Source of the DNA: Candidatus Tayloriibacteriota bacterium | Lineage (GTDB): Bacteria > Patescibacteriota > Minisyncoccia > Phycocordibacterales > PALSA-1337 | Assembly (NCBI GenBank): GCA_903857825.1 | Contig: CAIOGI010000007.1 | Span: 1-51,537, forward strand | Length of the DNA: 51,537 nucleotides | Reading direction: 5' to 3' | Part shown: positions 1 to 8,722 of the stretch, one piece after another | How the letters are laid out: every line of letters begins with the position of its first letter | Position numbering within the stretch: position 1 is the first letter of the stretch | Translations under genes and position numbers: made by a program | The notes under the pieces: generated by a model | Told to the model about the DNA's origin: nothing | The model's database searches: none | What the model saw: the letters and a program-made list of their open reading frames with translations, nothing else

Positions 1-25
1 TTATTAATAATAGATATATGTTACA

Positions 26-75
26 AAATAGTTATTAAGAAATTATAAAGAAATTCTAAAGATTTGATAAAGATT
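26..75 (-). promoter_or_regulatory. 50-bp operator-like element of four tandem 11-bp repeats (copy 1), upstream of a -10 box for a gene outside the window
   Basis: Minus strand reads AATCTTTATCA AATCTTTAGAA TTTCTTTATAA TTTCTTAATAA CTATTT, followed by TAACAT. Identical to 4273-4322 (50/50). Confidence 0.7.
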
Positions 76-84
76 TTTAATACA

Positions 85-462
85 TCATTGAATTGATACT
101 ATTTCAAGTTGATCGTCAAAAAGCTTTGCTACTGCACTACGGTATACAATAATATTTTTGTATTTACCATAAACAGAAATGATTCTTGTATCATCCTGAC
201 TAATTACTGATTTAATTACACAATTTAGATCTTTAATTGGAATTTCTATATTTGTAGTAAAAAAATAATCATGTGATAGAGCCAAAAATGCCTGATCAAT
301 GCAGGAATATGCAGAATAATAGCTCATCAATCTATATTCTTTAGTCTGTACAGCGTCAAAATAATGACCATATTCTATCGCTTGCATAAATGAAAAAGCC
401 AACATTAATGATGAAATTGAAACTACCAATATAAATGCTGCAAATCCTTTATTGTTTTTCAT
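85..462 (-). CDS. minor type IV pilin-like protein (PilX-like N-terminus)
   Basis: MKNNKG|FAAFILVVSISSLMLAF: basic leader, G|F cleavage site and hydrophobic helix without E5. Last gene of the pil operon. Confidence 0.7.
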   Translation of the reverse strand: MKNNKGFAAFILVVSISSLMLAFSFMQAIEYGHYFDAVQTKEYRLMSYYSAYSCIDQAFLALSHDYFFTTNIEIPIKDLNCVIKSVISQDDTRIISVYGKYKNIIVYRSAVAKLFDDQLEIVSIQ

Positions 463-622
463 AGTAGCTTTCAATTAGTAATGAATAATCATCCTTCGAA
501 AAAAGTGGTTGATTGATTGCGGAATTTAAATATATAAATAGAGAAGAAAAAACTCCCATCATTATAAATGATAATAATGTCACATAAAGCATGGTTTCAA
601 TAAGTGTAAATCCCTTATTCAT
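449..622 (-). CDS. 57-aa prepilin-type N-terminal cleavage/methylation protein (absent from the ORF track)
   Basis: Translated by hand: MNKG|FTLIETMLYVTLLSFIMMGVFSSLFIYLNSAINQPLFSKDDYSLLIESYYEKQ*. Canonical GFTLIE motif; overlaps both neighbouring genes. Confidence 0.85.
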   Translation of the reverse strand: MNKGFTLIETMLYVTLLSFIMMGVFSSLFIYLNSAINQPLFSKDDYSLLIESYYEKQ

Positions 623-2081
623 CTTGCATTATATTTAATACTGATAATCCCCCATCATCTCCAGTAGCAAAGTACAGTCTAGACCAATCACATGTCATTG
701 CTACAGGCTTGGAGTTTAAAGAAATCTCATATATCTTTTTTGACATTGTCGAATCCCATACTTGAAACTCCGATAGTGGAGCATGAGTGAGCAAATATAT
801 AAAAGGCATACGGATAAGCATGCCATATATACCACCAGGAATATCTTTTGAAAATTGCATTAAGTAATCTGTGCTTGTAGAAAAAATGAATACTTCATGA
901 TTTGTGATCTGATTTACTCCTCCGACTGTTCTTCCGAGACCGAGTATTCCTTCGAAATAGTCAATAACCTTTCCCTGCTGAACTTGCCAACCACCTGATG
1001 AAAAAATGTGTATGGAATGCATATTTTCTTTATCTAAAATATCTAACATACGCATCTGAGTTTCATCAGAAGTAGCCAAGTAAGCTATGTCATTATAAAT
1101 ATGAATATCATTTACCAAAGTATTTGTCTCAAAACTTCCGATTACTTTTGGGTTAAGTGGATCTCTTACATCTATACTATGAAACTCTGCTCCATCCCAT
1201 TTGCTTGTACCTAGATATATATAACCATTCTTATAATAAATAGAGCTTGCCTTTGGTGCTGTTGTGGTAGCTTGTGGAAATGGCAACTTTAATTGAGAAA
1301 TAATGCGCGGAAAACGTCGGTCATGTATATCAATTATTTGTAATTGAGACATTGAACTTGTATTGGCAGCATAGATATATGGACCAGCTACGGCAACTGA
1401 TGATAACCCTGGGCCAGTATTTATTGCAGAAATTATATATGGATTCTCAATAATATTTGTATCAATTATAAAAAGATCAGATTGGGATTGTATTGAAGAA
1501 TCAGCAGTAACATATGCTATTGAATTTCTAACTTCAATATCTGTACTATTATTACCAGCACCCAGAAAAACTGCAGAAGGAAAATACGAAACATTGTTTG
1601 CATCAAAATCAATTCTTTGTAGACATGAAGATTCTCCCCATGAATATATAAAATCTGATTTAATTATTCTCAAGGGCCCCTCTATGACTTCAGATGAATA
1701 ATTACCATACATATTTGCAGTTGTACTAGAGTTTACTATTGCCCTGTTTATTATAATTGAACTGCTTTTTAATATATCTAATTCCTTTAATGACCAAAGT
1801 TTAATTCCCTGCATTGAGGAATTTAATGAAAAGGTGGAAATAGTAAATAGCATGAACAGTGAAATAGCAATCATTATCTCTACCATTAAAATACCCTTAC
1901 TCAACAAAATTGGACTTGCTTGCTTGCGCGACATTGTTTGATTAATCAAACAAGAAGTACCCTTGTGGTGCTCGGAAGCTCTTTTATTTGTTAGCAAGCT
2001 AAAAATAAATGACTTCCTCACCGCGTCAAGTCTCAATTTTGTAAATAATCCCCTATTTTGTAAGATGATTTGTAATTTCAT
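615..2081 (-). CDS. pilin-like N-terminus fused to LVIVD-repeat beta-propeller (candidate pilus tip/adhesin protein)
   Basis: SKG|ILMVEIMIAISLFML prepilin-like motif; repeated units such as YIYAAN..LQIIDI, YIYLGT..FHSIDV, IAYLAT..MRMLDI. Start overlaps the pilC stop; an alternative start near 1934 is possible. Confidence 0.75.
   Translation of the reverse strand: MKLQIILQNRGLFTKLRLDAVRKSFIFSLLTNKRASEHHKGTSCLINQTMSRKQASPILLSKGILMVEIMIAISLFMLFTISTFSLNSSMQGIKLWSLKELDILKSSSIIINRAIVNSSTTANMYGNYSSEVIEGPLRIIKSDFIYSWGESSCLQRIDFDANNVSYFPSAVFLGAGNNSTDIEVRNSIAYVTADSSIQSQSDLFIIDTNIIENPYIISAINTGPGLSSVAVAGPYIYAANTSSMSQLQIIDIHDRRFPRIISQLKLPFPQATTTAPKASSIYYKNGYIYLGTSKWDGAEFHSIDVRDPLNPKVIGSFETNTLVNDIHIYNDIAYLATSDETQMRMLDILDKENMHSIHIFSSGGWQVQQGKVIDYFEGILGLGRTVGGVNQITNHEVFIFSTSTDYLMQFSKDIPGGIYGMLIRMPFIYLLTHAPLSEFQVWDSTMSKKIYEISLNSKPVAMTCDWSRLYFATGDDGGLSVLNIMQDE
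1906..2040 (+). repeat. dispersed palindromic element, copy 1 (135 bp), with nested module at 1923-1965
   Basis: Ends AAAATTGGACTTG...CAAGTCTCAATTTT; homologous to 15279-15412 and to the reverse complement of 47070-47162. Confidence 0.85.
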
Positions 2082-3141
2082 AGACAGGTAAAATTATTGA
2101 TAATGCAATCGATCCAACGACTATACCCATAAAAATCATGAGAATTGGTTCTATGAGTGCAGAAAACCTCTTCAGAAGATTATCCAAATCTTGTTCAAGA
2201 ATCTTTGAGCAATGTCCGAGCATTAATGCTAGATTCCCTGTTTTCTCTCCGATAGAACACATGTCTATCATTATCTGAAAAAATATATCAGGATATTTTG
2301 ACATTGAATTTGAAAAGGAAATACCTTGAACTGATTCTTTGTGAATTTCCTTTATTGAATTTATATAAATAATATTTTTTAACGAGTCTATAGAAAAAGT
2401 ATGAAATTCAGATACTGATCGGCCAGATGATAGTAAAATTTCTCCTATACTGCACAAAGATGAGAGTATGCTTAATTTTAAGTATGTTGAGTATATTGGA
2501 ATTTTTAATAGGATTTTATGTAAGTAATACCTAAAATATGTGTATCTTTTTATTAAAATAAAAAATGTAATACTAATGAAGACAATAAATCCGATTACTT
2601 GTAGTCCGTATAATATTGAATATTCATAAAGTGCTTTTATTAGTAAGGTCAAAAATGGTAGATCGATATTCATACTATTTAACATCGGTAAAATCTTGGG
2701 GAAAATATACATTACAAGGAATAAAGACATGCAAATAGTGGCAAAGAAAATAAATGCTGGATATATAAGTGTGGTTATTATCTTTTTCTTCAATTCATTT
2801 CTCTTTTCCAAATTACTTACAATTTCAGAAAGCGACTCGATCAAGGTACCAGAATGCTCTCCATTTTTTATCAAAGTAATGAGCAATTGATCAAACTTTA
2901 CTTTCGAATCAATCATACTTTTTGACAATGATATGCCACGCTCACAGCTTCTTATTAAATATTCATATATCTTTTTACGTTTTAGTGAATTATCCATGGA
3001 CATCATGACACTCAGTGACTGGGTAAGAGAAATATCTGAAGCCAATAATAAAGACAGTCTTTGTGCAAAAAATATTTGATCTGTGATTGAAAATGAATTT
3101 TTAGTATTATTCATAAAATATCTTAAATTAGTCATGAACAA
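2053..3141 (-). CDS. pilC: type IV pilus/T2SS inner-membrane platform protein (PilC/GspF family)
   Basis: Two T2SSF repeats (GEHSGTL; GEKTGNL...LIEPILMIFMGIVVG); directly downstream of the ATPase. Confidence 0.92.
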   Translation of the reverse strand: MFMTNLRYFMNNTKNSFSITDQIFFAQRLSLLLASDISLTQSLSVMMSMDNSLKRKKIYEYLIRSCERGISLSKSMIDSKVKFDQLLITLIKNGEHSGTLIESLSEIVSNLEKRNELKKKIITTLIYPAFIFFATICMSLFLVMYIFPKILPMLNSMNIDLPFLTLLIKALYEYSILYGLQVIGFIVFISITFFILIKRYTYFRYYLHKILLKIPIYSTYLKLSILSSLCSIGEILLSSGRSVSEFHTFSIDSLKNIIYINSIKEIHKESVQGISFSNSMSKYPDIFFQIMIDMCSIGEKTGNLALMLGHCSKILEQDLDNLLKRFSALIEPILMIFMGIVVGSIALSIILPVYEITNHLTK

Positions 3142-4258
3142 CTCTAAGTACCTCTTCTCTACTGGTTATTCCTTTTTCTACTTTTTCCATTCCATCTTCA
3201 TACATAGTTATCATTCCCTTGCTTTTCACATATCTACCAATTTCTGTCATAGAAATATGCGACATAATATATTTTCTTAATTCATCATCTATAAATAGTG
3301 TTTCTGCGATTACTGTTCTTCCTTTATAACCAATGGTTCCACAAGTCAAACAACCTATTCCTTTGCATTCTTGGCAAATCTTTCTCACTAGCCTTTGAGC
3401 AATAATAATCGAAAGTGTAGAGGCTATAAGATATGGGTCTATCTTCATATCAATCAAACGAGGAATAGCTCCAAGTGCAGAATTTGTATGTAATGTGGAC
3501 AATAGTAAATGTCCTGTCAGAGAGATATTTGTGGCTATCTGTGCTGTTTCCGTATCTCGTATTTCACCAACCATAATAATGTCTGGATCTTGTCGTACTA
3601 TAGAACGTAAACCATTTGCAAAAGTAATACCATGTTTTGACTGTATTTGAATTTGTCTTACGCCATGTATTGCATACTCGATAGGATCTTCGAGTGTGAT
3701 TATGCTCTTATTTAATGAGGATAATGAATTTATGAGTGAATATAAAGTAGAAGTTTTACCAGAGCCAGTGGGACCAGTGACCAGAATCATTCCCTGATGA
3801 TGAGACAATGAAATATTTATCCTATCTATATCATGCTCAGAAAAACCGAGCTTTACTAATGACATCGAGTCATTTTCATTTCTCAATATTCTCAAGACTG
3901 CATTTTCTCCATAATGCGTAGGTATAATAGAGACGCGAATATCACAATCACAGAAACCTTGATCAAATCTGAATCTCCCATCTTGCGGTACAAAGTGTAT
4001 ATCTGTTCTAAGTCCTGAAATAACTTTTATTCTAGCAATCATTTCTTCATGCATTTCACTTCTCAATGTATCGGTATACACAAGCACACCATCAATACGA
4101 AATCTAATAACAACACCTTCTGGATATGGATCGATATGAATATCAGATGCTCCTTTGTGATATGAAAAAGCAATAATAGAATCCACCAACTCTACTACTG
4201 AACCTATATCATGTAGCACTAATTCATTAAAATTTATTTTATAATTTTTATCTGTCAT
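3128..4258 (-). CDS. pilB: type IV pilus assembly ATPase (PilB/GspE family), short form
   Basis: ASDIHIDP, RFRIDG, PQDGRF, Walker A GPTGSGKT, TLEDPIEY, RQDPDIIMVGEIRD, TGHLLLSTLHTN and a CxxC..CxxC zinc motif. Confidence 0.93.
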   Translation of the reverse strand: MTDKNYKINFNELVLHDIGSVVELVDSIIAFSYHKGASDIHIDPYPEGVVIRFRIDGVLVYTDTLRSEMHEEMIARIKVISGLRTDIHFVPQDGRFRFDQGFCDCDIRVSIIPTHYGENAVLRILRNENDSMSLVKLGFSEHDIDRINISLSHHQGMILVTGPTGSGKTSTLYSLINSLSSLNKSIITLEDPIEYAIHGVRQIQIQSKHGITFANGLRSIVRQDPDIIMVGEIRDTETAQIATNISLTGHLLLSTLHTNSALGAIPRLIDMKIDPYLIASTLSIIIAQRLVRKICQECKGIGCLTCGTIGYKGRTVIAETLFIDDELRKYIMSHISMTEIGRYVKSKGMITMYEDGMEKVEKGITSREEVLRVVHD

Positions 4259-4272
4259 CCATACAAGTTAAC

Positions 4273-4322
4273 AAATAGTTATTAAGAAATTATAAAGAAA
4301 TTCTAAAGATTTGATAAAGATT
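4273..4322 (-). promoter_or_regulatory. 50-bp operator-like element (copy 2) with -10 box TAACTT directly upstream of pilB
   Basis: Identical to 26-75; followed by TAACTT and then the pilB ATG 6 nt later. Confidence 0.75.
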
Positions 4323-4481
4323 GGGGATAACTTTGATGAAATATGAGGAAAAGTCGTCAGGGGTTGTGTTATTTGAGTATTGTGGTATGATTTTTAACTA
4401 GATCTGACGCGATTCTTATCTGGGTGCACAGCATGTGCAGTAGAAAGAATAGTGCTCAGCGGCAAATGGAAGACGGATCGT

Positions 4482-4751
4482 ATGGCAAAAACACAACAGC
4501 TGCAGGAAGAGGAGGTTATTCACCTCAAATCATGGAGGAAAATGAAGCAGGATATTGGACGCGAGATCCATTCGCAGAAAGTCTGCGCACGGAAGCTCCG
4601 CCTCCAAGGGGATACGAGCGGCACTGCTGGTCATTTGGAAGACTGCAGCAGAACCACGACCAGTACGGCTGGTAACAACAAGGAAGAAAAACCGCTCCGG
4701 CGAAATTTCGGCCGAAAGTCTGTGCGAGCCTTTCCTCCAGCCTTTCACTGA
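4482..4751 (+). CDS. orphan hypothetical protein (GC-rich cassette 1)
   Basis: 89-aa ORF between an extended -10 (TGGTATGAT, about 4383-4391) and a terminator. A competing overlapping frame exists at 4424-4675. Confidence 0.45.
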   Translation: MAKTQQLQEEEVIHLKSWRKMKQDIGREIHSQKVCARKLRLQGDTSGTAGHLEDCSRTTTSTAGNNKEEKPLRRNFGRKSVRAFPPAFH

Positions 4752-4767
4752 TCAAATCGCATCACTT

Positions 4768-4808
4768 CAGCCACCACCCGGCGTTCGGGTCGGTGGCTGT
4801 TATTTTTT
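4768..4808 (+). terminator. intrinsic terminator
   Basis: CAGCCACC-ACCCG...CGGGT-CGGTGGCTG stem followed by TTATTTTTT. Confidence 0.8.
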
Positions 4809-4844
4809 ACACAGTTCAAGACTTGCAATTTAAATACAACTATT

Positions 4845-4887
4845 GGCCCCCCCGCCCAGCCTCCCAGGCAGGGCGGGGTCTCTTTTT
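4845..4887 (+). terminator. second intrinsic terminator
   Basis: CCCCGCCC...GGGCGGGG stem followed by TCTCTTTTT. Confidence 0.7.
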
Positions 4888-4927
4888 AACTTGAAATTTG
4901 GAAATAAAGTGCTAGTATTCTAAACTG

Positions 4928-5092
4928 ATGAGATCAACCAGCGATAAGAGAGTTCGCAGTAAGAGCAATGGGAGGCAATCAGGTCCTCGAGTAAAACCGA
5001 GAGCCAAGAAAAATCCAACCGTGAACCATAGGGCGAGTGACACTTGCCCAGGTCATCTGGATATGCCTCCTAATTGTACTCCCATGAACTAG
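4928..5092 (+). CDS. 54-aa basic orphan ORF, or a structured RNA (GC-rich cassette 2)
   Basis: MRSTSDKRVRSKSNGRQSGPRVKPRAKKNPTVNHRASDTCPGHLDMPPNCTPMN* follows TTGAAA-16-TAGTAT (4891-4918) and ends at a terminator. Confidence 0.4.
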   Translation: MRSTSDKRVRSKSNGRQSGPRVKPRAKKNPTVNHRASDTCPGHLDMPPNCTPMN

Positions 5093-5135
5093 CCACCTAC
5101 CCGAAAACAGTTCGGCGCCAGGTGGCTTATTTTTT
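5091..5135 (+). terminator. intrinsic terminator
   Basis: AGCCACCT...AGGTGGCT stem followed by TATTTTTT. Confidence 0.8.
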
Positions 5136-5199
5136 ATATTAATACGCAAAAGTTATCAACTTGCCCTATAAAGCAATCGTGTTAATATTAGATTTTAGA

Positions 5200-5403
5200 A
5201 TGAAAAAACCAAATACTCGACACGAGAACCGGCGACCTGCCTCCGCAGATCGTGCAGAAAATCAGCAAAAACTCATCATAGATGGGTATTGGGGAACTTC
5301 GCCAGAGCAACGTGACTTTACCATAGCAAAACCATGCTCTGTATATGTCACCCACAATTGCGATACGGGTACTGCCTCAAGCCAAATGCGATACTGTGCT
5401 TAA
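5200..5403 (+). CDS. 67-aa orphan hypothetical protein (GC-rich cassette 3)
   Basis: ATG follows TTGCCC...TAATAT (5161-5188); terminator CACCAGC...GCTGGTG plus T-tract at 5413-5451. Confidence 0.45.
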   Translation: MKKPNTRHENRRPASADRAENQQKLIIDGYWGTSPEQRDFTIAKPCSVYVTHNCDTGTASSQMRYCA

Positions 5404-5548
5404 CCTAACTCACACCAGCCCCTCCCGGGAGGCGCTGGTGGTAATCTTTTTATAGAGCTTAAACGTGCCAATCTCAAAATTTGACTTTTCTCCCATTTTT
5501 ATGCTTTAATTGAAACTCATTTGCCCCTCAGGGCATATTTTAAATAAA

Positions 5549-7348
5549 ATGGATATAAGAAACATAGCAATCATCGCCCACGTGGACCACGGAAAAACCA
5601 CCCTAACTGATGCCATCATGACACAGTGTGGACACGGAGACGATGGAACAATGGATTCGAACGCCCTAGAACAAGAGCGTGGTATTACTATTTATGCGAA
5701 AAACACATCAATAGAGTACAAAGGAACAAAGATAAACATAGTGGACACTCCAGGACACGCAGACTTCGGCTCAGAAGTAGAGCGAGTATTGCGATCTATC
5801 GACACAGTTCTACTAGTAGTCGATGCGCAGGAAGGACCAATGCCTCAAACACGTTTCGTTTTGAAGAAGTCACTTGAATTAGGATTGAAGCCAATAGTTA
5901 TAATAAATAAAATAGATAAACAGGCTGCAAACCCAAATCATTGCCATGAACAAGTATTGGAGCTATTCATGGAACTTGGTGCAAATGATGCTCAGCTAGA
6001 TTTCCCTACTATATATGCCATCGGACGTGAAGGAGTAGCTATGAGAAAACTAGAGGATGAGAGAAAAGATATTACTCCCCTTTTAGATATGGTTCTAGAG
6101 CATGTTCCACCAGCAAACAAAGATCATAGTGCTACTGCACCTCTTACAGTACAAACATTCAATCTTGGATATGACAATTTCCTAGGTCGACTAGCTATTG
6201 GACGTATTTATGATGGAACAATAAAGATGGGGCAAACAGTTTTTGAAAAAAAGATTGATGGTTCATCAAATTCAGGCAAAGTTACTAAACTTTTTACATT
6301 TGAAGGAAAAAAGAGAGTAGAAATACAAGAAGCAACTGCTGGTGACATTGTAACTATCGCAGGATTTCCTGATATATATATTGGCGAAACGTTAACTGAT
6401 AGTGCTGATACTCCAGCCCTTCCAGCAATAAAGATCGATGAGCCTACTATTTCTCTTAATTTCTATGTAAACAGTTCACCATTCGCAGGACGTGAAGGTA
6501 AATACGTCACTGGTCGTCAAATCCGCGAAAGGCTTGAGAAAGAATTGGAAATAAATGTCGGACTGAAAGTTAATTTCAATGCAAATGAATTTTATACAGT
6601 ATTTGGTCGTGGAGAACTTCATATTGCGATTCTTCTAGAAAATATGAGACGAGAGGGGTATGAACTTCAAGTCTCTCAGCCTCAGGTAATTATAAAAGAT
6701 ATTGATGGAGTAAAAAGTGAGCCTTTCGAGGAGCTAACTATTGATACGCCTGATGAATTTACTGGAGCTATAATAGAAAAGCTTGGAAAGAGGAAAGCAA
6801 TGATGACAGACATGAAAACAAAAGACGGTATTACTCGTATACTTTTCGAAATACCCACTCGTGGACTTCTAGGATATCGTAGTGCATTTGTTATAGATAC
6901 AAAAGGTAATGGAATTCTTGCTTCTAGATTTATTGATTTCAAACCTTATGCTGGAGAAATAGAAAAGCATAGTACAGGATCAATGACATCTATGATGACT
7001 GGAAAGGCACTCGCTTTTGCTATTTGGAATCTACAAGAAAGAGGACGAGTATTTATCGAACCAACTACAGAAGTTTACGAAGGTATGGTTGTTGGAGATA
7101 CATCAAAGGGCGATGATATGGATGTAAACCCATGTAAAGGTAAAGCAATGTCAAACATGCGTTCTTCTGGTAATGATGAACATATAATGCTCACACCCGC
7201 TTGGACTCTTGATGTTGAGAAAGGATTAGAGACAATGCGTGAAGATGAATATCTAGAGATTACTCCGAAAAATGTAAGACTAAGAAAGAGATTTCTAACA
7301 ACGACCGATAGATCAAGAGCAGGCAGAAAAGATCAAAGTGCGAATTAA
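5549..7348 (+). CDS. typA: translational GTPase TypA/BipA
   Basis: [39 protein letters not shown] and C-terminal [11 protein letters not shown]. Confidence 0.97.
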   Translation: MDIRNIAIIAHVDHGKTTLTDAIMTQCGHGDDGTMDSNALEQERGITIYAKNTSIEYKGTKINIVDTPGHADFGSEVERVLRSIDTVLLVVDAQEGPMPQTRFVLKKSLELGLKPIVIINKIDKQAANPNHCHEQVLELFMELGANDAQLDFPTIYAIGREGVAMRKLEDERKDITPLLDMVLEHVPPANKDHSATAPLTVQTFNLGYDNFLGRLAIGRIYDGTIKMGQTVFEKKIDGSSNSGKVTKLFTFEGKKRVEIQEATAGDIVTIAGFPDIYIGETLTDSADTPALPAIKIDEPTISLNFYVNSSPFAGREGKYVTGRQIRERLEKELEINVGLKVNFNANEFYTVFGRGELHIAILLENMRREGYELQVSQPQVIIKDIDGVKSEPFEELTIDTPDEFTGAIIEKLGKRKAMMTDMKTKDGITRILFEIPTRGLLGYRSAFVIDTKGNGILASRFIDFKPYAGEIEKHSTGSMTSMMTGKALAFAIWNLQERGRVFIEPTTEVYEGMVVGDTSKGDDMDVNPCKGKAMSNMRSSGNDEHIMLTPAWTLDVEKGLETMREDEYLEITPKNVRLRKRFLTTTDRSRAGRKDQSAN

Positions 7349-7389
7349 TTTGGCTTGCAAAAGATATTAAATATGTAATACTATAAACA

Positions 7390-7457
7390 TCTTTCGGTTA
7401 TCATAACCGTTAGGGTTTCACATCCAAGGGTTACCTTCCGCAAGGAGGGTAACTTTC
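7390..7457 (+). ncRNA. candidate small structured RNA convergent on the NYN gene (3' hairpin may also terminate typA)
   Basis: TTGCAA-18-TACTAT (7355-7384) lies after the typA stop; hairpins CGGTTA-TCA-TAACCG and GTTACCTTCC-GCAA-GGAGGGTAAC. Confidence 0.45.
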
Positions 7458-7459
7458 GT

Positions 7460-8089
7460 CTAGGAAGTAATGCTAGATTCTGGTCTGTGTTTAAGTTCCC
7501 TGCCCCAAATATCATCATCAATTTTTAATACATCAAAATATCCGTTTGTTCCAGTTCTTAATTCTTGAGATACATTATTTTTTGAAGAAAATATATAAAC
7601 ATTTTTATCTCTCTTTTTTAAATATGTAATCAAAGCAAGAAAATCAGAATCTCCTGTGAAAAACACTGCTATACTATATTTACTAATTAAATCTAAAGAA
7701 TCTATCGTTATTTCAACATCCATATTACCTTTTTCTTCGATCAATTCACCATTTTCAGTCAAAATACTTATTCTCTTTAACTTCTTCTTTCTAACCTCAA
7801 AACCCAGACCTAACTTTAAAAAAGTTAAAAACTTATGCTTTCCTTCCAAACTATATGGCCTTGTCCCCTGTGCTGGGTATGCAGAATAGTAATAGACCTT
7901 TATACTAGTTCCTTCAAACTTTTTCTTTATATAATCAGCAAGCTTTTTATAGTCAAAAAATCTACCCTTAGCCTTCTGAGATTCCCAGAGATTTGATGCG
8001 TCAATAAAAACATAAATTGTATTTATTTTAGATTGAGTATTTTTTAATTCTTGATTATTAGTATTTAGCATTATCAATATAATATACAT
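7460..8089 (-). CDS. NYN domain (LabA/DUF88, PIN-like) ribonuclease
   Basis: VFIDASN, EKGNMDVEITID and FTGDSDF acidic catalytic motifs; true start is probably near 8071. Confidence 0.92.
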   Translation of the reverse strand: MYIILIMLNTNNQELKNTQSKINTIYVFIDASNLWESQKAKGRFFDYKKLADYIKKKFEGTSIKVYYYSAYPAQGTRPYSLEGKHKFLTFLKLGLGFEVRKKKLKRISILTENGELIEEKGNMDVEITIDSLDLISKYSIAVFFTGDSDFLALITYLKKRDKNVYIFSSKNNVSQELRTGTNGYFDVLKIDDDIWGRELKHRPESSITS

Positions 8090-8151
8090 TTAAAAACTAA
8101 TTTCAATTGTGAAAATATAATTATTGTGTCGTAACTGAAATAATTAAATAT

Positions 8152-8192
8152 AAAAAGAAACAGCGACACACCACTTGGTGCATCGCTTGTTT
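8152..8192 (-). terminator. intrinsic terminator
   Basis: Minus strand AGCGATGCACCA-AG-TGGTGTGTCGCT followed by GTTTCTTTTT. Confidence 0.75.
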
Positions 8193-8205
8193 ATGAGAAA
8201 ACCTT

Positions 8206-8430
8206 TCATTCACTGGTGACTTCCAGACGCTTCCGTATCGTTGTCGGGAAGCTGGTGATATGTATCGAGGCCGATTTCCACACATCCACAGCAGGATCTC
8301 GCTCCCGTTCATCAAAATCAGCGGACTCAATTACATCCATCATCGAGCTGAATTGATCTCCACTTGTAAGCAAGCGCGTTAGCTCGTTTATTTTATTCAG
8401 CAGTCTTTGACTCATCTTTGGTATCTCCAT
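8206..8430 (-). CDS. 74-aa orphan hypothetical protein (GC-rich cassette)
   Basis: ORF between a minus-strand promoter TTTACA-17-TAGTTT (about 8506-8534) and a terminator. Confidence 0.5.
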   Translation of the reverse strand: MEIPKMSQRLLNKINELTRLLTSGDQFSSMMDVIESADFDERERDPAVDVWKSASIHITSFPTTIRKRLEVTSE

Positions 8431-8589
8431 CTTACGTCCATACTGGACGTGGTTGTTATAGACATGCTCCCTGAATGAATTCCAATCAAAGAGCTATATA
8501 TTTTTAAACTATCACGATGCTACAGTCTTGTAAATAGGGTGGGCACGCATTGGATATTGACTTCAAATATTTAGTGGTATTATACTTTT

Positions 8590-8708
8590 ACTGTCGAATA
8601 TGCTCGACTGGTGGATCGGTAAACGAGAGTTGAATCTCGGTGGCCCCCTGTAAATCGTAGGATTTACAGTTTGGTAACAAAACTCCGCATTTATGCGGTT
8701 TTTTGTTT
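8590..8708 (+). ncRNA. candidate multi-hairpin small RNA with its own promoter and terminator
   Basis: TTGACT-18-TATACT (8557-8586); hairpins GTCGA/TCGAC, CGAGA/TCTCG, CTGTAAATC/GATTTACAG; terminator CCGCA-TTTA-TGCGG plus T-tract; no substantial ORF. Confidence 0.6.
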
Positions 8709-8722
8709 TTATTTTTATTTGT

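Noticed and set aside
26-75. 11-bp periodic repeats as a CRISPR array, iterons or prophage att sites
   Set aside because: There are no spacers, cas, rep or integrase genes; fixed spacing to -10 boxes fits an operator better.
1938-1949. TTGAT-NN-ATCAA as an FNR/CRP-type box
   Set aside because: The spacer is 2 bp rather than the required 4, and the site is part of the nested repeat module.
4926-4932. CTGATGA as a hammerhead ribozyme core
   Set aside because: No properly placed GAAA and flanking stems; the motif overlaps the start codon of the cassette ORF.
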